Below are positions 24,913-37,667 of a DNA stretch of 64,000 nt, piece by piece. Below the pieces are notes generated by a model. The model was not told the origin of the DNA, did no database searches, and saw only the letters and a list, made by a program, of their open reading frames with translations. The position numbers were made by a program, and so were the translations under genes. Source of the stretch: Felis catus. Taxonomy: Eukaryota. The stretch spans positions 6,944,001 to 7,008,000 of the forward strand of contig NC_058368.1 of assembly GCF_018350175.1 (NCBI RefSeq), in the 5' to 3' direction. How positions within the stretch are numbered: the first letter of the stretch is position 1; each line of letters opens with the position of its first letter.

Positions 24913-25002
24913 TTAATGTTTGTTTTTTCTTTTTTTTTTTAATAAATGAAATTGGCAGAAGTGCTTTTGGACTTTGTTACATTTTTGCTGGAGCATTTAT
25001 AG

Positions 25003-25200
<198 letters not shown>

Positions 25201-25354
25201 TGATCTTGGGAATTTTAAAACTTGCTCAGTGGTCATTTTCTTTTACATGAAAGTTAATGAATTGACTATGTTACTTTTTTTTGGTTCTAGAGTACTTTGA
25301 AATTGATGATTGTAGTTTACATGATTGTTCCCTTGCCTTTTTCTTTTTTAATAG

Positions 25355-25444
25355 CCTGCCCCACCCAGAGAAGCACACTTTGTGAGAACCAATGGAAAGG
25401 AGCCTGAGCTGTTGGAACCCATTCCCTATGAATTCATGGCGTGA
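25355..25444 (+). CDS. RPL21: RPL21 last coding exon
   Basis: [32 protein letters not shown]; exons sum to 67+62+113+151+90=483 nt = 160 aa + stop. Confidence 0.98.
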   Translation, partial: [29 protein letters not shown]

Positions 25445-25457
25445 CAAATGTAAAAAA

Positions 25458-25463
25458 AATAAA
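25458..25463 (+). terminator. RPL21 polyadenylation signal
   Basis: AATAAA 13 nt after the stop codon, U-rich element downstream (tgtttctttt ~25484-25493). Confidence 0.88.
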
Positions 25464-25596
25464 AGATGTCAAGACTATAAAAATGTTTCTTTTAATTGAG
25501 TAGCAGCATGGTATTATCTTCCCCAAAGAAGTATTTAAAGCAAACTTCATATCCTAATTCAGTGGGGGATGGCTTTATTCAAATTTTGTGGGTTTT

Positions 25597-25785
25597 GAGG
25601 CACCTGGATGACTCAGTTAAGCATCGGACTTTGGGTCAGGTCATGATCTTGCAGTCCATGAGTTTGAGCCCCGCGTCAGGCTCTGTGCTGACAGCTCAGA
25701 GCCTGGATCCTGCTTTGGATTCTGTGTCTCCCTCTCTGTCCTCCCCTGCTTGTGGTCTCTCTAGAGTCAAAAATAAACGTTAAAA
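25597..25785 (+). mobile_element. Can-SINE just downstream of RPL21
   Basis: SINEC consensus with AATAAA tail. Confidence 0.85.
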
Positions 25786-27056
25786 TATGATGGGGTTTTT
25801 GTTTGTTTTGTTTTTGCTGAAAGATGTGAGGTGGTTTATTGTACAATATACTCAATTGATTAGGAACTGCCAGATAGTACCTGTAACATATTTTATAGTA
25901 GTTTGAAAATAGTTCCTCTAAATCACTAAGAAAAAAGATTTTTTAAAAACAAATGAAAGGTTATCTGTTGAGATTGCATTTAAGCACGGAAAGTTGAGTA
26001 CTTGTAATTGTATCAAGTCTTAAGTAGCTATGTTTTAAGGATAAAGAACTTCCCTTTAAAGCCTATTACTTAAAAAGATTGTTTAAAGCATTCTGGTTCC
26101 CACTAAATTGTTTTCCCTGTCATTTCCTGTTAAGTGTTTTTCTATATGGTGTTAGGAAGAATTTGTTTATTGGAAACGCTCTTTGTTGCCCCAGGTCCTT
26201 TGCACTTGCCTTTGCCCAAGACTGCCTGTGCTTTCTAAAGTTGGTGAATTCCTGATTGTCCTTTGTTCACCTTGCATGTCATAAGTGAACCTTCCCTAAT
26301 GTATTTTAAGGAGAAAGGAGAGGAATGAAACTGGAATCAAAGGAGAAAATCTGCTTTGGGATGATAGAATTAAATCCCTTATATCTATTACCACGGCAGG
26401 TGTGTTTGCTTTTTTTTACAGTGTTTATAATTTTGAAAAACTTGTCTTACCCATTACACCTGAGGTTAGAGATTGTCTTAGTAACTTTGCACTCCTAAGG
26501 CCTGGCACATAGTAAGCATTTAATAAATGCTCTTGGGATTAATGAGAAAGCACTGTCTTTTTTTTGATGTGCATTTTCTCTTTCGTTTAATCTTGTTTTC
26601 CGGGATTATTTAAATCTCCCACATGCTGTGGAAACCTCAAGAAACCTCAACAGTTCTTGGCTTGTCTTCCAGCAGCTCGTGTTAACCTCACTTTCTGTTG
26701 TCCCCTGTGAAATGAGGGTGTTCCCTGCAGGAGTATAGGGATTGGACCACACGGTTCCCGGAGGTCCTTTGTGCACTCAGAGCCTGTGATTTCCTGTTAA
26801 ACCGTGACCCCCATGGCATGCTTGTGAGAAGAGGCCTGGCGGAGGACAAGATGCGCTCGGTGCGGGAGAGCTGGCGAGGCTGAATGTTGAGGGAAAGAAG
26901 GGCCGCAAGGAGAGCTGGCTTAGGGCAGTGACCTTCGGGCAGTTCATCGGGACCCGCGAGCTCCCATCTGGGGTGCGGTGCAGTCCGTGGCAGCGGTGGT
27001 CCTGCGAATGTACGTAAGGCATTTGGGGCTTTTCAGATTACGCTTTAAAGATTGTT

Positions 27057-27283
27057 GGGGCGCCTGGGTGGCGCAGTCGGTTAAGCGTCCGACTTCAGCC
27101 AGGTCACGATCTTGCGGTCCGTGAGTTCGAGCCCCACGTCAGGCTCTGGGCTGATGGCTCGGAGCCTGGAGCCTGTTTCCGATTCTGTGTCTCCCTCTCT
27201 CTCTGACCCTCCCCCGTTCATGCTCTGTCTCTCTCTGTCCCAAAAATAAATAAACGTTGAAAAAAAATTAAAAAAAAAAATAA
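27057..27283 (+). mobile_element. Young felid SINEC_Fc
   Basis: Near-consensus; perfect TSD taaagattgtt. Confidence 0.93.
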
Positions 27284-28299
27284 AGATTGTTCCTCGCACA
27301 CAGCGGGGAGTCTAAAATGTGTTTTCCGGATTCCCGACTCATTGAGAATAAATTGTTTTCCTGAAGGATTATACTAGTTTGCCCTCCCGTGAATGAAAAT
27401 GCCGGTGTCCGCACTGTTCTCATTCAGTCTTTGCTAACTTGGTGGGAGCATACTGCATTCATTACGGACTTGGCTTCACCTTCTGCAGCACTTGCCTGGT
27501 TTCCCTTTGCCTCTTAGTGCAGTCTTTGCTGTGTCTTGACTACCTTTCCGACCTCCAGATTCTCAAGGGCCTTATAAAAACCCACATCGTCTGGTCAGTG
27601 CCTGCCTTTCTGACCTCCTACTCCTTGAGCCCCAAGGTCCAATTCAATTACACTACCTTTGCGGTGCCTCAGATAGGCCAAGTTGCGCGCTTGCTTTTGT
27701 ACTTGGTGCATTTTGTTGGGGTGGTTATCAACTTAACATTCTCAGGGTAGGGAATACTTGTTACCTACTCTACCAGAGAAGTGGGGACAAACTGCAAAGA
27801 GGACAATCTAGGAGGAGCAGTTAAGACTTCAAGCTGTGTAAGACAAGGTAAGCCAGGAGGGCGCGGTGTGTAAAGGGACAGCAGAGGGGAGAACGTTGGC
27901 GTTGACGTGCGTCTGCTCTGGTTTCGTTGATTATTCCTGGATCTTGCACCCTTGACCCTTTCCACTTGCTTTTCCTTGACTTCAGCCGGCAAATTAAATG
28001 AAGCCGCTTCTCTTGTGCCTGCCTTGTCCCATCTGTAACTTAATTTCCTAGCGCCCCAGTGCAAATCTGGCTTCTGCCCCCACCGTTCCTATGAACCTCC
28101 TCTCAAGGGTCACCAAACACGTCAATTTTGATTTTACCTCCTTGATGTTGGACGTGCCAACGACTAACTTTCTGTTCCAGAGGCTTCTGCCATCCTACTT
28201 CACCCAGGTTTTTCTACCTGTCTGACCCTGCACCCTGTTTTTCTGGCTTCGTGATGCTCCGCATCTGTCTCTATTCTCTGTATTTTCTGCATAACCCAA

Positions 28300-28445
28300 G
28301 CCAGTGGCTCTCAAGTATGGTTCCCCACATGGCATCTACGTTTTTTGGAAATTCGTTAAGAATGTGGGCCTACTGAATCAAATTCTGGGGCTGGGCCCAG
28401 CACTCTTCACAGCCTCTCTGGGTGGTTGAGATGCTTGCTCAAGTT
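28300..28445. mobile_element. MER5-like hAT MITE
   Basis: cagtggctctcaagtatggttcccc...ggcctactgaatcaaattctggggctgggcccag...gctcaagtttgag. Confidence 0.65.
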
Positions 28446-28696
28446 TGAGTCCTCTCTAATACACTTGAGACTCAAATTTCAGAGCGCACATTCTCTGGAG
28501 CTCCGACTGTATTTCCAGCTTCCTCTTGGGGAGCTCCATCTTGATATCCTGCATAGACTACCCAGATTCATTTGGAGGGGTTTTATTACTGGTGAAATAA
28601 ATTGCATCCAATTCCCTGAGCTTTGAGTAATGTGTGTGTGCACTGGTAGATTACGTACCCGCCTTGAAATGCAGGTCCTTTTAAAAACGAGTAATT

Positions 28697-28930
28697 GGGC
28701 GCGCCTGGGTGGCTCAGTCGGTTGAGCGTCTGACTTCAGCTGAGGTCACGATCTCGCGGTCCGTGAGTTCGAGTCCCGCGTCGGGCTCTGGGCTGATGGC
28801 TCGGAGCCTGGAGCTTGCTTCTGATTCTGTGTCTCCCTCTCTCTCTGCCCCTCCCCCGTTCATGCTCTGTCTCTCTGTCTCAAAAATAAATAAACGTTAA
28901 AAAAAATTTTTTTTAATAAAAAAATAAAAA
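28697..28930 (+). mobile_element. Felid SINEC_Fc
   Basis: Perfect TSD aaaacgagtaattg. Confidence 0.93.
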
Positions 28931-30501
28931 CGAGTAATTGTTACAGGTTGTGAAATTGTAAGTGAATCTCTTACCATGCAATTCCCTTTTCATACACTTG
29001 ATGAGAATGAAGGAAAATGTTCTAACTGTAAAACTTTTCACCCTGCTTTTCAGTTAGAGCCATGACCATAAGTGAAGGTGCCTGGCTCTTTGAACTTTTA
29101 ATTCTTTTCTCATCTAGCTAGGTGTCTTTTAAGGCCTCTGTTTTTGTTCAGTTGAGCCCAATCCCGAGGGTTGAATAAAATTTGTCCCACTCTGTGGTAG
29201 GGGGGAAAAAAAAAACCCATGGTTTGATATCTCTTTGATGTTCTCACTAATGTCTATAGCATCTTCTCTGTACTCTGGTGGGAAAAGAAATAGGAAAAAT
29301 ATAAACAATGTTGCTAAAATATAAACAAAGCAGGTTCATTTTTTGAGTGCAAGAGAAATAATTTTAAACAATTGGTTTTGGAAGACCAGTATTTGTCCCA
29401 TCCCCACTGAAAAGGAAAACGGTTGGTATTGTTCGAACGAAAACCTCCACGGAATGTGCTCGACAGGTTATTTGGTTACGAGTAACAGTGAGGCAGCACC
29501 TGCTTGCTGTTCTTGCTGAGGTGGAAAGCGTGTGCAGAGGAGGGAGTAAGCAGCCCGGGGTTTCTGTGTCGTGATTCTTTTCAAACTGCCGGAGTGTGTG
29601 GTGAGGAGTAACCGACAGGCTAGCTCATAAAGCCCCAAATGGAAAAAGCACAGAGAAAATGCTCTCATACGTCCTTGGCTAGCAAGACTGGAATGTATGG
29701 AAATCATTTGACTTGGAAAAGAAATGCGGTGAGGTACTCTGTTGTCTCTGAAATGGGGTGATGATGATGGCTCAGCTCAAGGGAAGATGTGATTGAACTT
29801 TTTGCTCCTGAGCCAGAAGGAGATCCAGAAGAATTGCTTCTGGGAGATGAATGAGTAAATAGTCTCAAGATCCTTGGGAGCAGAGATGATACTCTGTTTT
29901 TCACATGCTCCTAGCACTGACAGTTACATATCGTTCCTCCTCGAGAACAGTTCAGTGGTTTTCCATGGGCTCCAGATACATTCCGGAGCGAGGGTAGCAT
30001 TCATCGCCATCCGTGGCGGGGTCGCCAACTTCTTGGATCACGCTCCGTCCTGATATTGGAGTCTGCCAGCTCCCCGAACTTGAATTATACTTTCTACCTC
30101 CATGGTTTTGCTCATGCTCTTCCTTCAGCTTGACATGCTATCTCTTGCCCTCTGTGCTTCCACCTATCAAATGTCATTGAAGCTCAGAGACCGGGCCATT
30201 TCTCCGTGTCGCTTTCCCTGATGACCACCACCACCCCCGCCCCCATCAGATTTAATTCTTCCCGTTGTAGCTCTGCTGGGAGTTGGCACCCTGACCTGCT
30301 TTGTCACTCCTTGTCCACGACTGGCGCGTTTCCCATCCTGCTCTCTACCTTGATGGGAAGTGCCAAGACTGGACATCAGAGGGGCTGGGGCATCTGCTGA
30401 ATGGCTCTGTGACTTTGGGTAAGGTACCAAACTTGTCTGGATCTCAATTTAGGAGATATTTAACCCATTTTACAGGCTTAATCTAAGATTAAGGAAGAAA
30501 T

Positions 30502-30690
30502 GGGGCGCCTGGGTGGCTCAGTCAGTTAAGCGCCCAACTTTGGCTCAGGTCATGATCTCGTAGTTCGTGAGTTCAAGCCCCATGTCAGGCTCTGTGCTGA
30601 CAGCTTGGACCCTGGAGCCTGCTTCAGAGTCTGTGTCTCCCTCTCTTGCTAACACTCCCCTGCTCACACTCTGTCCAAAAAAAAAAAAAG
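30502..30690 (+). mobile_element. Can-SINE
   Basis: SINEC consensus; TSD-like aagattaa. Confidence 0.88.
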
Positions 30691-32779
30691 ATTAAAGAAA
30701 AAATGTATGCGAATTTTTTTTGTACATTAAGCAATTTTATAAAAGGGAATTAATTTCACTGTTTCACTAGGGATGTCTGTGATGGCAGGCGGGAATGTCT
30801 TCTACTTTGTCTCCTCAGTAAATGGTAACAAAGCTGTTCTCTCTGTTTTGTACCAGCACTTAATAGAGCTTTGCAATGAGTAGATTTTCAATAATTTTGA
30901 AGATTGAAATAAAGTAGGGAGCTGGTACAGAAGCACAATTTTTATTCTGGGGAAACTACCAAAAGATAGTCTGTGAGTTTCCAGTAAGCTCAGTGTTCAA
31001 GGATTTAGGATACGCAGGAAAGACAGTTGATATTAGGAGATGATGGACGGTGGGGGGAGAGATGTTCTTGAACTAGACAAGTACCCTCAGCAAAGTTTTG
31101 CCTGAGGGCTAGAAATCAAGCTTACTTGGCTGGTAAAGGGTTGTTAACTTCCTGAGGCTGATATTTGCAAATTACCAAATTCTGCCACTCACAGGTATTC
31201 TAAACACCCACAGGATTTGTGTATATCTGTGCCTACGCATCTCCATTATGTTAAAACCACTTGAGTATGCCTGTGTTATATTGGTTGCAGTACAATTTTA
31301 CATCACTCTGGACACAAAGAAATCCAAAATGAAAGAGAACACAAGCTGCAACCATTTAAGGAAGGCTATTTATAATGTTCAGCAACAGTCGGTAACATAT
31401 TGTCTGTATTAAAAGGTCATGGATTATCTATCTGCAAATGCAAAGAATAACATTTTGAGCTCTCTGAGCAAAGGTGCAACATGAATGCAAAATGGAACAT
31501 AATCATCAGTGGACAGAGGAACAGTCTTAGGAATCTTACTTCTTGGATGACCTTAAATTGAAACGATCTTATTTCTGACGGAATGTGAGATGGGGAATGT
31601 GAGGTGAAGAGAGAAGTCCAAGATTCAGCCAAGAAAGTGCTGTCTTTTCCCTTGAGAGTTCTGCATTTTAATGGGAAAGTGAGGGGTGTTTGTGGCAGGT
31701 CCCGTGGACTCCTGCTCCACAGTGATCCCCTCTTCTATTTCTTGATTTTTAATGGGGAAGCAGTGTGCCTGCTAGCTCCCGGGAAGGGACGACGGTTGTC
31801 CTAAGGGAGTGGCAGTCCCGGTCTTTTCGAGATACTCGGATAAACTCTCAACGTCTCAGCTCTGGAGATTCAGAGATAAGAGAAAGTCTGCGGGTTCTGA
31901 GAATTATTTTGTCATAATAAAAAAGAGACCAAAGAATAGAGTCCCACCCTCCCTGCTTTGCTGAGGACTTGGTGTTTGGCGAAGCAGGGGCCCTTTTGTG
32001 TCCAAGGAGAGTCAAGAGAATCTGGGAGACAACAACTTGGACCCCTATTACTGAGCAGCTGAAGGACCCTTGGAACCGGATAGTTTCAAGGTTTTGTAAA
32101 TAGTAGCTGTCTTTATGGTACCTTCTCCCCGACGAGGAAGGAGGCGCCCTGCTTCAAATCTTTCCAGTTAAACTGAGGTTTAAAAGACTGCCTTGTGAGC
32201 CGGCAAAGGTCCGTGCAACTGAGATACGGCAGTTCATCTCAGGACACTTCCTGGAACACTTTCTCTTGAGAGCATTTTGCTTTCAAAACCGGGGTATTTG
32301 GATGATGGTTGTACCTACGATTTCTGCCCTTTCCAGTTCACACAGGGAAGACTTCATTTACTCACTTACTCATTCAGAAAGTCGGTCAGTGAACAAAGGA
32401 CCTTGTAAGTCCCAGCTACCACTATGTGCTGATGCTAAAGGCACAAACGAGAGTCTCTGCCCTCCTGGAGACAGGCAGGAAACCAGTTCAACAGAAAGTG
32501 ACAGTTGAGACCCCTGCTGCCAAGGGCGTCCCAAGAGAGAGGAACTGGGAGACAGGGGTGGGGGTGGCAGCAATGATCAAAGAAATCTGAGAGAGGAGAG
32601 ATTCCTAGTCTGCTGCAGGAGCCCTGAAGAAGTCAACTGAGAAGCGAGGACAGCAGTGGGATGGAGAGGGGAGACACCCAGGTGTGCAGGCCGTAGAAAT
32701 GGTGGAACTCAGAAGAGAGAGTGGTTCGAATCAAGGATGGCTCACAGGTTGCCGGTCTGGACACGGGGAGACGGAAGGA

Positions 32780-33305
32780 GCATGCCTTAGTGTGGTCGGT
32801 TGCAAACCTGGATCCCACTCTCTGCCCCTCCCTGCATACCCTCAGCCCTTTCAAATGTGACTTCAGCTCCCTCCACTGAGGAGTGGGGTGTATCTTCCCC
32901 TCTTGAATTTGGGCCGCATGGTGGCTTGCTTTGGCCCACAGAACGCAGCAGGGGTGATGGGTTCCGCCATGGAGCCCGGGGTTCAAGAGGCCTTTTCTGC
33001 TTCTGCTTCCGCTCGCTGCCCAGCCACCACAGGAGCAAAGTCGGGCCAGCCTGCGGGGTGGGGCGAGACCTGTGGCTCCGTCACTGCTCCCCCCCCATCA
33101 CAGCTGACTGCCTGCCCGCCACCGCCCACCCCCTGCCAGCTCTCCGCGGATACGCGAAAGGACCCAGCCTAGGTCAGCTGATTCTGGCCTGGATCAGGAT
33201 AACCCCTCCACTGACCTACAGACTTGTGAGCAACTGTGGGGGGTTGTCGTTTTAAACCATTAAGTTTCATGCAGTTTGTCATGCAGCCAAAGCCAAGTGA
33301 CTCAA
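32780..33305 (+). mobile_element. MaLR LTR (MLT1-like)
   Basis: cagctccctccactgaggagtggggtgtatcttcccctcttgaatttggg...ttgtcgttttaaaccattaagtttcatgcagtttgtcatgcagc. Confidence 0.65.
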
Positions 33306-33625
33306 CCAAGAGAAAGGGGCGAGTAAGGGTGGGGCCGCCCAATAGGCAACTGGACATTTGAGGTGGGTACACAGGAGGCCAGAAGCATGAAGTTCTGAAC
33401 CTACAAGGATAAAATCCCAAGGCTTCTGCCTTCCTACGGGGGGCTCCCCAAACCCGAGAGCAGGCCACTTTTCCCTTTTGCGTCCTCTTCTTCCACTCCC
33501 CATCCTCACCGACCTTCATTTTAGTACTTGAGCAATGAAGCAAATGCCTGACTCAAGTGCAGAGAGCAATGGAGAATCAGTCCAGAGCCAAAGCTCCCAG
33601 GGGACGGGATGTGCATTGAGGGTTC

Positions 33626-33698
33626 GGGGCGAGGGGCGAGGAGCGAGGGGCGAGGGGCGGGCGGGGAGGGGCGAGGGGCGAGGGGCGGGCGGGGAGGC
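33626..33698 (+). repeat. (GGGGCGA)n / GC-box tandem array
   Basis: ggggcgaggggcgaggagcgaggggcgaggggcgggcggggaggggcgaggggcgaggggcgggcggggagg. Confidence 0.9.
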
Positions 33699-33949
33699 CG
33701 AGTTGCAAACTATTACTGCCCGGAAGGGGCCTTCACATACCCGGAGCCAGGTCACCGTGACCGAGTTCCCTTATACTGACACGAATTCAGGACTCCACCC
33801 CCGTCTTTCTTCCCTATTAATGCCATCCCTTAGCACCTTTGGAAACAAACAGGCCCACTGCACTCAACAGGAATTTATCCCTCCCGTTGTTGCGGAGACA
33901 GCCGACTGAGTGCACCTTTCCCTCTTTCGTTCCTGCTCCAGCTCATGGG

Positions 33950-34960
33950 GCTCTCAGCTTCACCCACCGGCCCAGGGACCCGGGTTCGTCTCTGCGGGAA
34001 GGAGGGGCCCCCAGGGCCACGCAGGCACAGCCTGACGCGGGGCCTCCCACGCACTCGCGGGACGGCGGCGGTCCTTCCAGGGGCCGGAGGCGGGAGCCGC
34101 GCACAGCGCGTCAAGGGCCTAGGCGGCGCGCACGCCCGCGGCCACCGGCCCCCTCGGCTCTCCCAGCGCGTCCCCTCCCGGCCGCCGCGGGAAGGGGCGG
34201 GAGGAGGAGGAGCCGGAGGCGGCCGCCGCGCCCCCACCGCGCGCGCCGAGCCCTTTAAAACCCGCGGGGCCCCGCGCGCTCCGCCGGCCGCCGCGCTGCC
34301 CGCGCTCCCGCGTCCCCGCGCGCTCTGCTGGCCGCCGCGGCGCTGCGGCCGGGCTCGGCAGGCTTGCGCTCTCGGCGGCGGGTCCCGCTCGGCCGGCGCG
34401 CCCTCCATGCGGCCGCCCAGCATGTCCGGGCACTGTCTGCTCGCGCCCATCCCCGAGTCCTCCTCCGATTGCCTCCCGCCCAAGGACATCAAGCTGGCCG
34501 TGCTGGGCGCCGGCCGCGTGGGCAAGAGCGGTGAGTGCCCGGGGGGCCGCGCCGGGGGTGGGGGATAACCGGGCTTCGGGGAAGAGCCGGAGCTCTGGAG
34601 CGGAGGGGGGCGGGGTGGAGCGCGGGGAGGAACCTGGAAGTTTCGGCGCGGGCCCCGGCTCTCCCCCGCCAGCCCGCTTTTCCCGCTGCTTCCCGGGGGC
34701 GTCTACTCCAGGGCTCCCTCCCGCCCGGGTTGGCACCTGCTGGAGAATGGCGGGGGGCTGGTGCGGCAGGCCGGGCACCTGCAGTCACACCCCGACGCGC
34801 GGGAGACCGCGACGGCCGCACCCTGGGTGTTGCAGAGCCGGAGGACTGGGGCAGTACCCGCTGCCCTGCGGCCCATCGCCCCCTCCTTTTCCTCGAGAGC
34901 GTCCGGGGTGACTGTTTGGTTCCAGTCGTTTAGCGGACTTCCCCATGGTTCCCTTTCAGC
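33950..34960 (+). promoter_or_regulatory. RASL11A CpG-island promoter with TATA-like box
   Basis: Very GC/CpG rich; GC box GGGGCGGG ~34194-34201; TTTAAAA at 34254-34260, ~150 nt upstream of the ATG. Confidence 0.85.
34407..34530 (+). CDS. RASL11A: Ras-like protein family member 11A, exon 1
   Basis: MRPPSMSGHCLLAPIPESSSDCLPPKDIKLAVLGAGRVGKS (P-loop GxxxxGKS) +G|gtgagt. Confidence 0.96.
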
Positions 34961-35016
34961 AATGATCGTGCGCTTCCTCACCAAGAGATTCATCGGCGAC
35001 TATGAACCGAATACAG
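34960..35016 (+). CDS. RASL11A: RASL11A exon 2
   Basis: ccctttcag|(A)MIVRFLTKRFIGDYEPNT+G|gttaga; switch I region. Confidence 0.96.
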
Positions 35017-35128
35017 GTTAGAATAATTTCGTGCTCTCTGCTTCCGTGGCTGCATGCTCCGAGCTCCGGCTCTCTCTCTCCTGATAGGAGGCTAGGAATT
35101 TAAAAGCAAACTCTCCTTCACTCTCCAG

Positions 35129-35208
35129 GCAAGTTGTATTCACGGCTCGTCTACGTGGAGGGGGACCAGCTATCCTTGCAGATTCAGGACACCCCCGGGG
35201 GCATCCAG
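35129..35208 (+). CDS. RASL11A: RASL11A exon 3
   Basis: ctctccag|(G)KLYSRLVYVEGDQLSLQIQDTPGGIQ|gtaagg; G3 DTPG. Confidence 0.96.
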
Positions 35209-36156
35209 GTAAGGACTGCCAGAAGCAAACGGCTCACCACCTTGCACACACGGGGGCGGAGGAGGGCTCCCAGGCTTGAGCAAGATGTCCAAACACACCC
35301 GTTTTGCCTTTAGATATAGAAGCGGGCTGTCCCGAGGTGGGGGCTTAGAAACCCTCCTGGGGGCTCGGGCAGGGTGGGTGGATGGTTAGGGAGGCAGCAT
35401 CCTGGTGTCCCTCACCTCCAAAGGAGAGAGATACGTGACCTTTCTTTACAACCCTAGTGGGGCATCACTGCTTGTAGGGATGGGTCCTCCCCAGCTTCCA
35501 GAACTGGGCCAGGAAACCGTTAACAAAATTATTGGGGTGGGATTCTGGGGAGGGGCTCCTCCCCTAGCAGGGACTGCTGACGTGCTTCTAACTGTTCCCT
35601 CAAGTTAGTAATTGCAACCAGATAAGCCCTTGGCAAGCAGTCAGGAATTTAACTTGATTAACAAGTTATTAATTGCGCTCCCTTCTAGGGAGGCAAGGTC
35701 TAGTGGAAGAACAGAAAGAAGGAATTTGTTTCTGTAACATTCTCAACAAGGGCATGCTAAAAATATTTTTATGGGCTTGGGAAAAGATATTTATCTTGGC
35801 TTGTTTTCAAAGTTTTGTTTATTCCCAGTTCCCTAAAGATTGCGCCATTCTAATTTGAAAGTTCTCGTTGAAGTCATCCTTCAGTCAGCCAGGGCTCACC
35901 ACAGAATACCTGCCAAGCAGGGGGCCGAAAGATCGAGCATTAGTGGCAGCCAATAAAATATCCCAGGCAGGGAGCTGGCCGGAGAATTTGTTCTCCCCGC
36001 AGCCAGAGCCGCCTTCCGCAGAAGCTAGGTGGAGTCTGAAAACTGTACTTACGATTTCTTTTTCGAACTTGTTTTCCCGAGGGTCCCTTTGATCTTATTT
36101 TGAGTCCGCTCCCACTGCGGGCTTCCTTGATCCAGACGCGTGTTGATCTTCCTCAG

Positions 36157-36624
36157 GTCCAAGACAACCTCCTCCAGGTAGCTGATCCTCTGTCCAGGTG
36201 CGTGCAGTGGGCAGACGGCTTTCTGCTGGTCTACTCCATCACGGACTACGACAGCTACCAGGCCATCCGCCCCCTCTACCAGCACATCCGGAAGGTCCAC
36301 CCTGACGCCAGGGTCCCCGTCGTCATCGTGGGCAACAAGGGGGACCTTCTGCATGCCCGGCAGGTGCAAACGCATGATGGCGTTCAACTAGCCAACGAGC
36401 TGGGCAGCCTGTTCCTTGAAATTTCCACCAGTGAAAACTACGAGGACGTCTGCGATGTGTTTCAGCACCTCTGCAAAGAGGTGAGCAAGTCACACGGCGT
36501 CAGCGGGGAGAGGAGGAGAGCCTCCATCATTCCCCGGCCGCGCTCTCCCAACATGCAAGACCTCAAGAGACGCTTCAAGCAGGCTCTGTCTTCCAAAGTC
36601 AAAGCCCCCTCTGCGCTGGGATGA
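36157..36624 (+). CDS. RASL11A: RASL11A exon 4
   Basis: VQDNLLQVADPLSRCVQWADGFLLVYSITD...VGNKGDL...EISTSENY...KVKAPSALG-TGA; exons sum to 124+57+80+468=729 nt = 242 aa + stop. Confidence 0.95.
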   Translation, partial: VQDNLLQVADPLSRCVQWADGFLLVYSITDYDSYQAIRPLYQHIRKVHPDARVPVVIVGNKGDLLHARQVQTHDGVQLANELGSLFLEISTSENYEDVCDVFQHLCKEVSKSHGVSGERRRASIIPRPRSPNMQDLKRRFKQALSSKVKAPSALG

Positions 36625-36808
36625 ACCCGGCTCACCCAGACTCGCCTCCTTTTTACTGAGCGTTTGTGCAGCCGAAAAGACTGGGGATCTCCCTTTTTAG
36701 CCGCACATTCAAAGTTTATTTTTATACAGACCGTTGGTTTTCGAGTGTATGTGTGTTTCTGAAAATTCAGTGATTGCCTAGAAGTTGGATAGTTTGTTTG
36801 TTTTTTTT

Positions 36809-36814
36809 ATTAAA
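36809..36814 (+). terminator. Probable RASL11A poly(A) signal
   Basis: ATTAAA ~185 nt after the stop, flanked by U-rich tracts. Confidence 0.65.
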
Positions 36815-37610
36815 CTAAATTTTTTTTTTTTTTTTTACTGTAACTGCTAGCCACTTTTCCATTAAAGGCAAATGGCAACATGGCTCCTTGTCTTCTAAAT
36901 GTCTTTTTATAGATCATACTTGCACCAGAGCCCAGAACGGCTCCACACTTGCCCTCAGTCTGAACTCCTGTTGGTGTCTTGCGGTAAGGGGGTTGATGTA
37001 GGGGGATCTGTTGTGGGAGAAAGGAAAGAATGTGCAGGAGGAAAGACTTGAGCAACTGTAGGATGTCTTTAATTAGGGCGCTTTGCCACAGGCATGAAAT
37101 TGACACCATGTGATTTTCAAGGAAAGGGGTTCATTATCCGCTGGTGCTACAAAATTACAAACAAGAGTAACAGTTTTATTTGTTGGTGCAAATGCTCGTT
37201 TATCCTCTCCACCCTGTTCTAAAAACTAAAAATGCCTTAGGTCAGTAACCGCACCCTACCCAGAGTGGTGAAAAATTCTTCCTGCTCTGCCTCCCGGACC
37301 CTCACATCTGACAGGGCATCTGAAGGGTCCATTCGCCTCTTTTTCTCTAAAGCCTCACTCTGCCACAATCTAGGCCTGTACAGGTGTCGCCCAGACTGGC
37401 AGGGAAGGTGAGACTGGTTTCTTGGTTTCTGGAATGACACCCCTCGCGTGCTTTCTTCACATCAGGACCACCTGGCTAAAACCAACCCTAATCTCTTTAT
37501 TTTCATGGCTAAAGAAACTCAGCTGTTTTCCCCTTATCTGCTGGGTAAAATATAAACGAGGCATGAGATCATTTACCACCTCTCCAGCCTTATCATCTCC
37601 TCCAAGCACG

Positions 37611-37615
<5 letters not shown>

Positions 37616-37667
<52 letters not shown>
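37616..37667. repeat. (CA)n microsatellite
   Basis: About 25 CA units. Confidence 0.97.

Noticed and set aside
26780..27020. Small CpG-rich patch ending in a possible donor TAC|GTAAGG downstream of RPL21
   Set aside because: Short, partly MIR-like, with no convincing acceptor or ORF
33839..35021. Several overlapping 110-219 aa Pro/Arg/Gly/Ala-rich ORFs, including antisense ones
   Set aside because: Expected by-product of the GC-rich CpG island; only the spliced RASL11A frame has recognisable motifs
36100..36156. N-terminal MSPLPLRASLIQTRVDLPQ of the 174-aa ORF
   Set aside because: Intron 3 sequence starting at a TTG; the main exon starts at 36157
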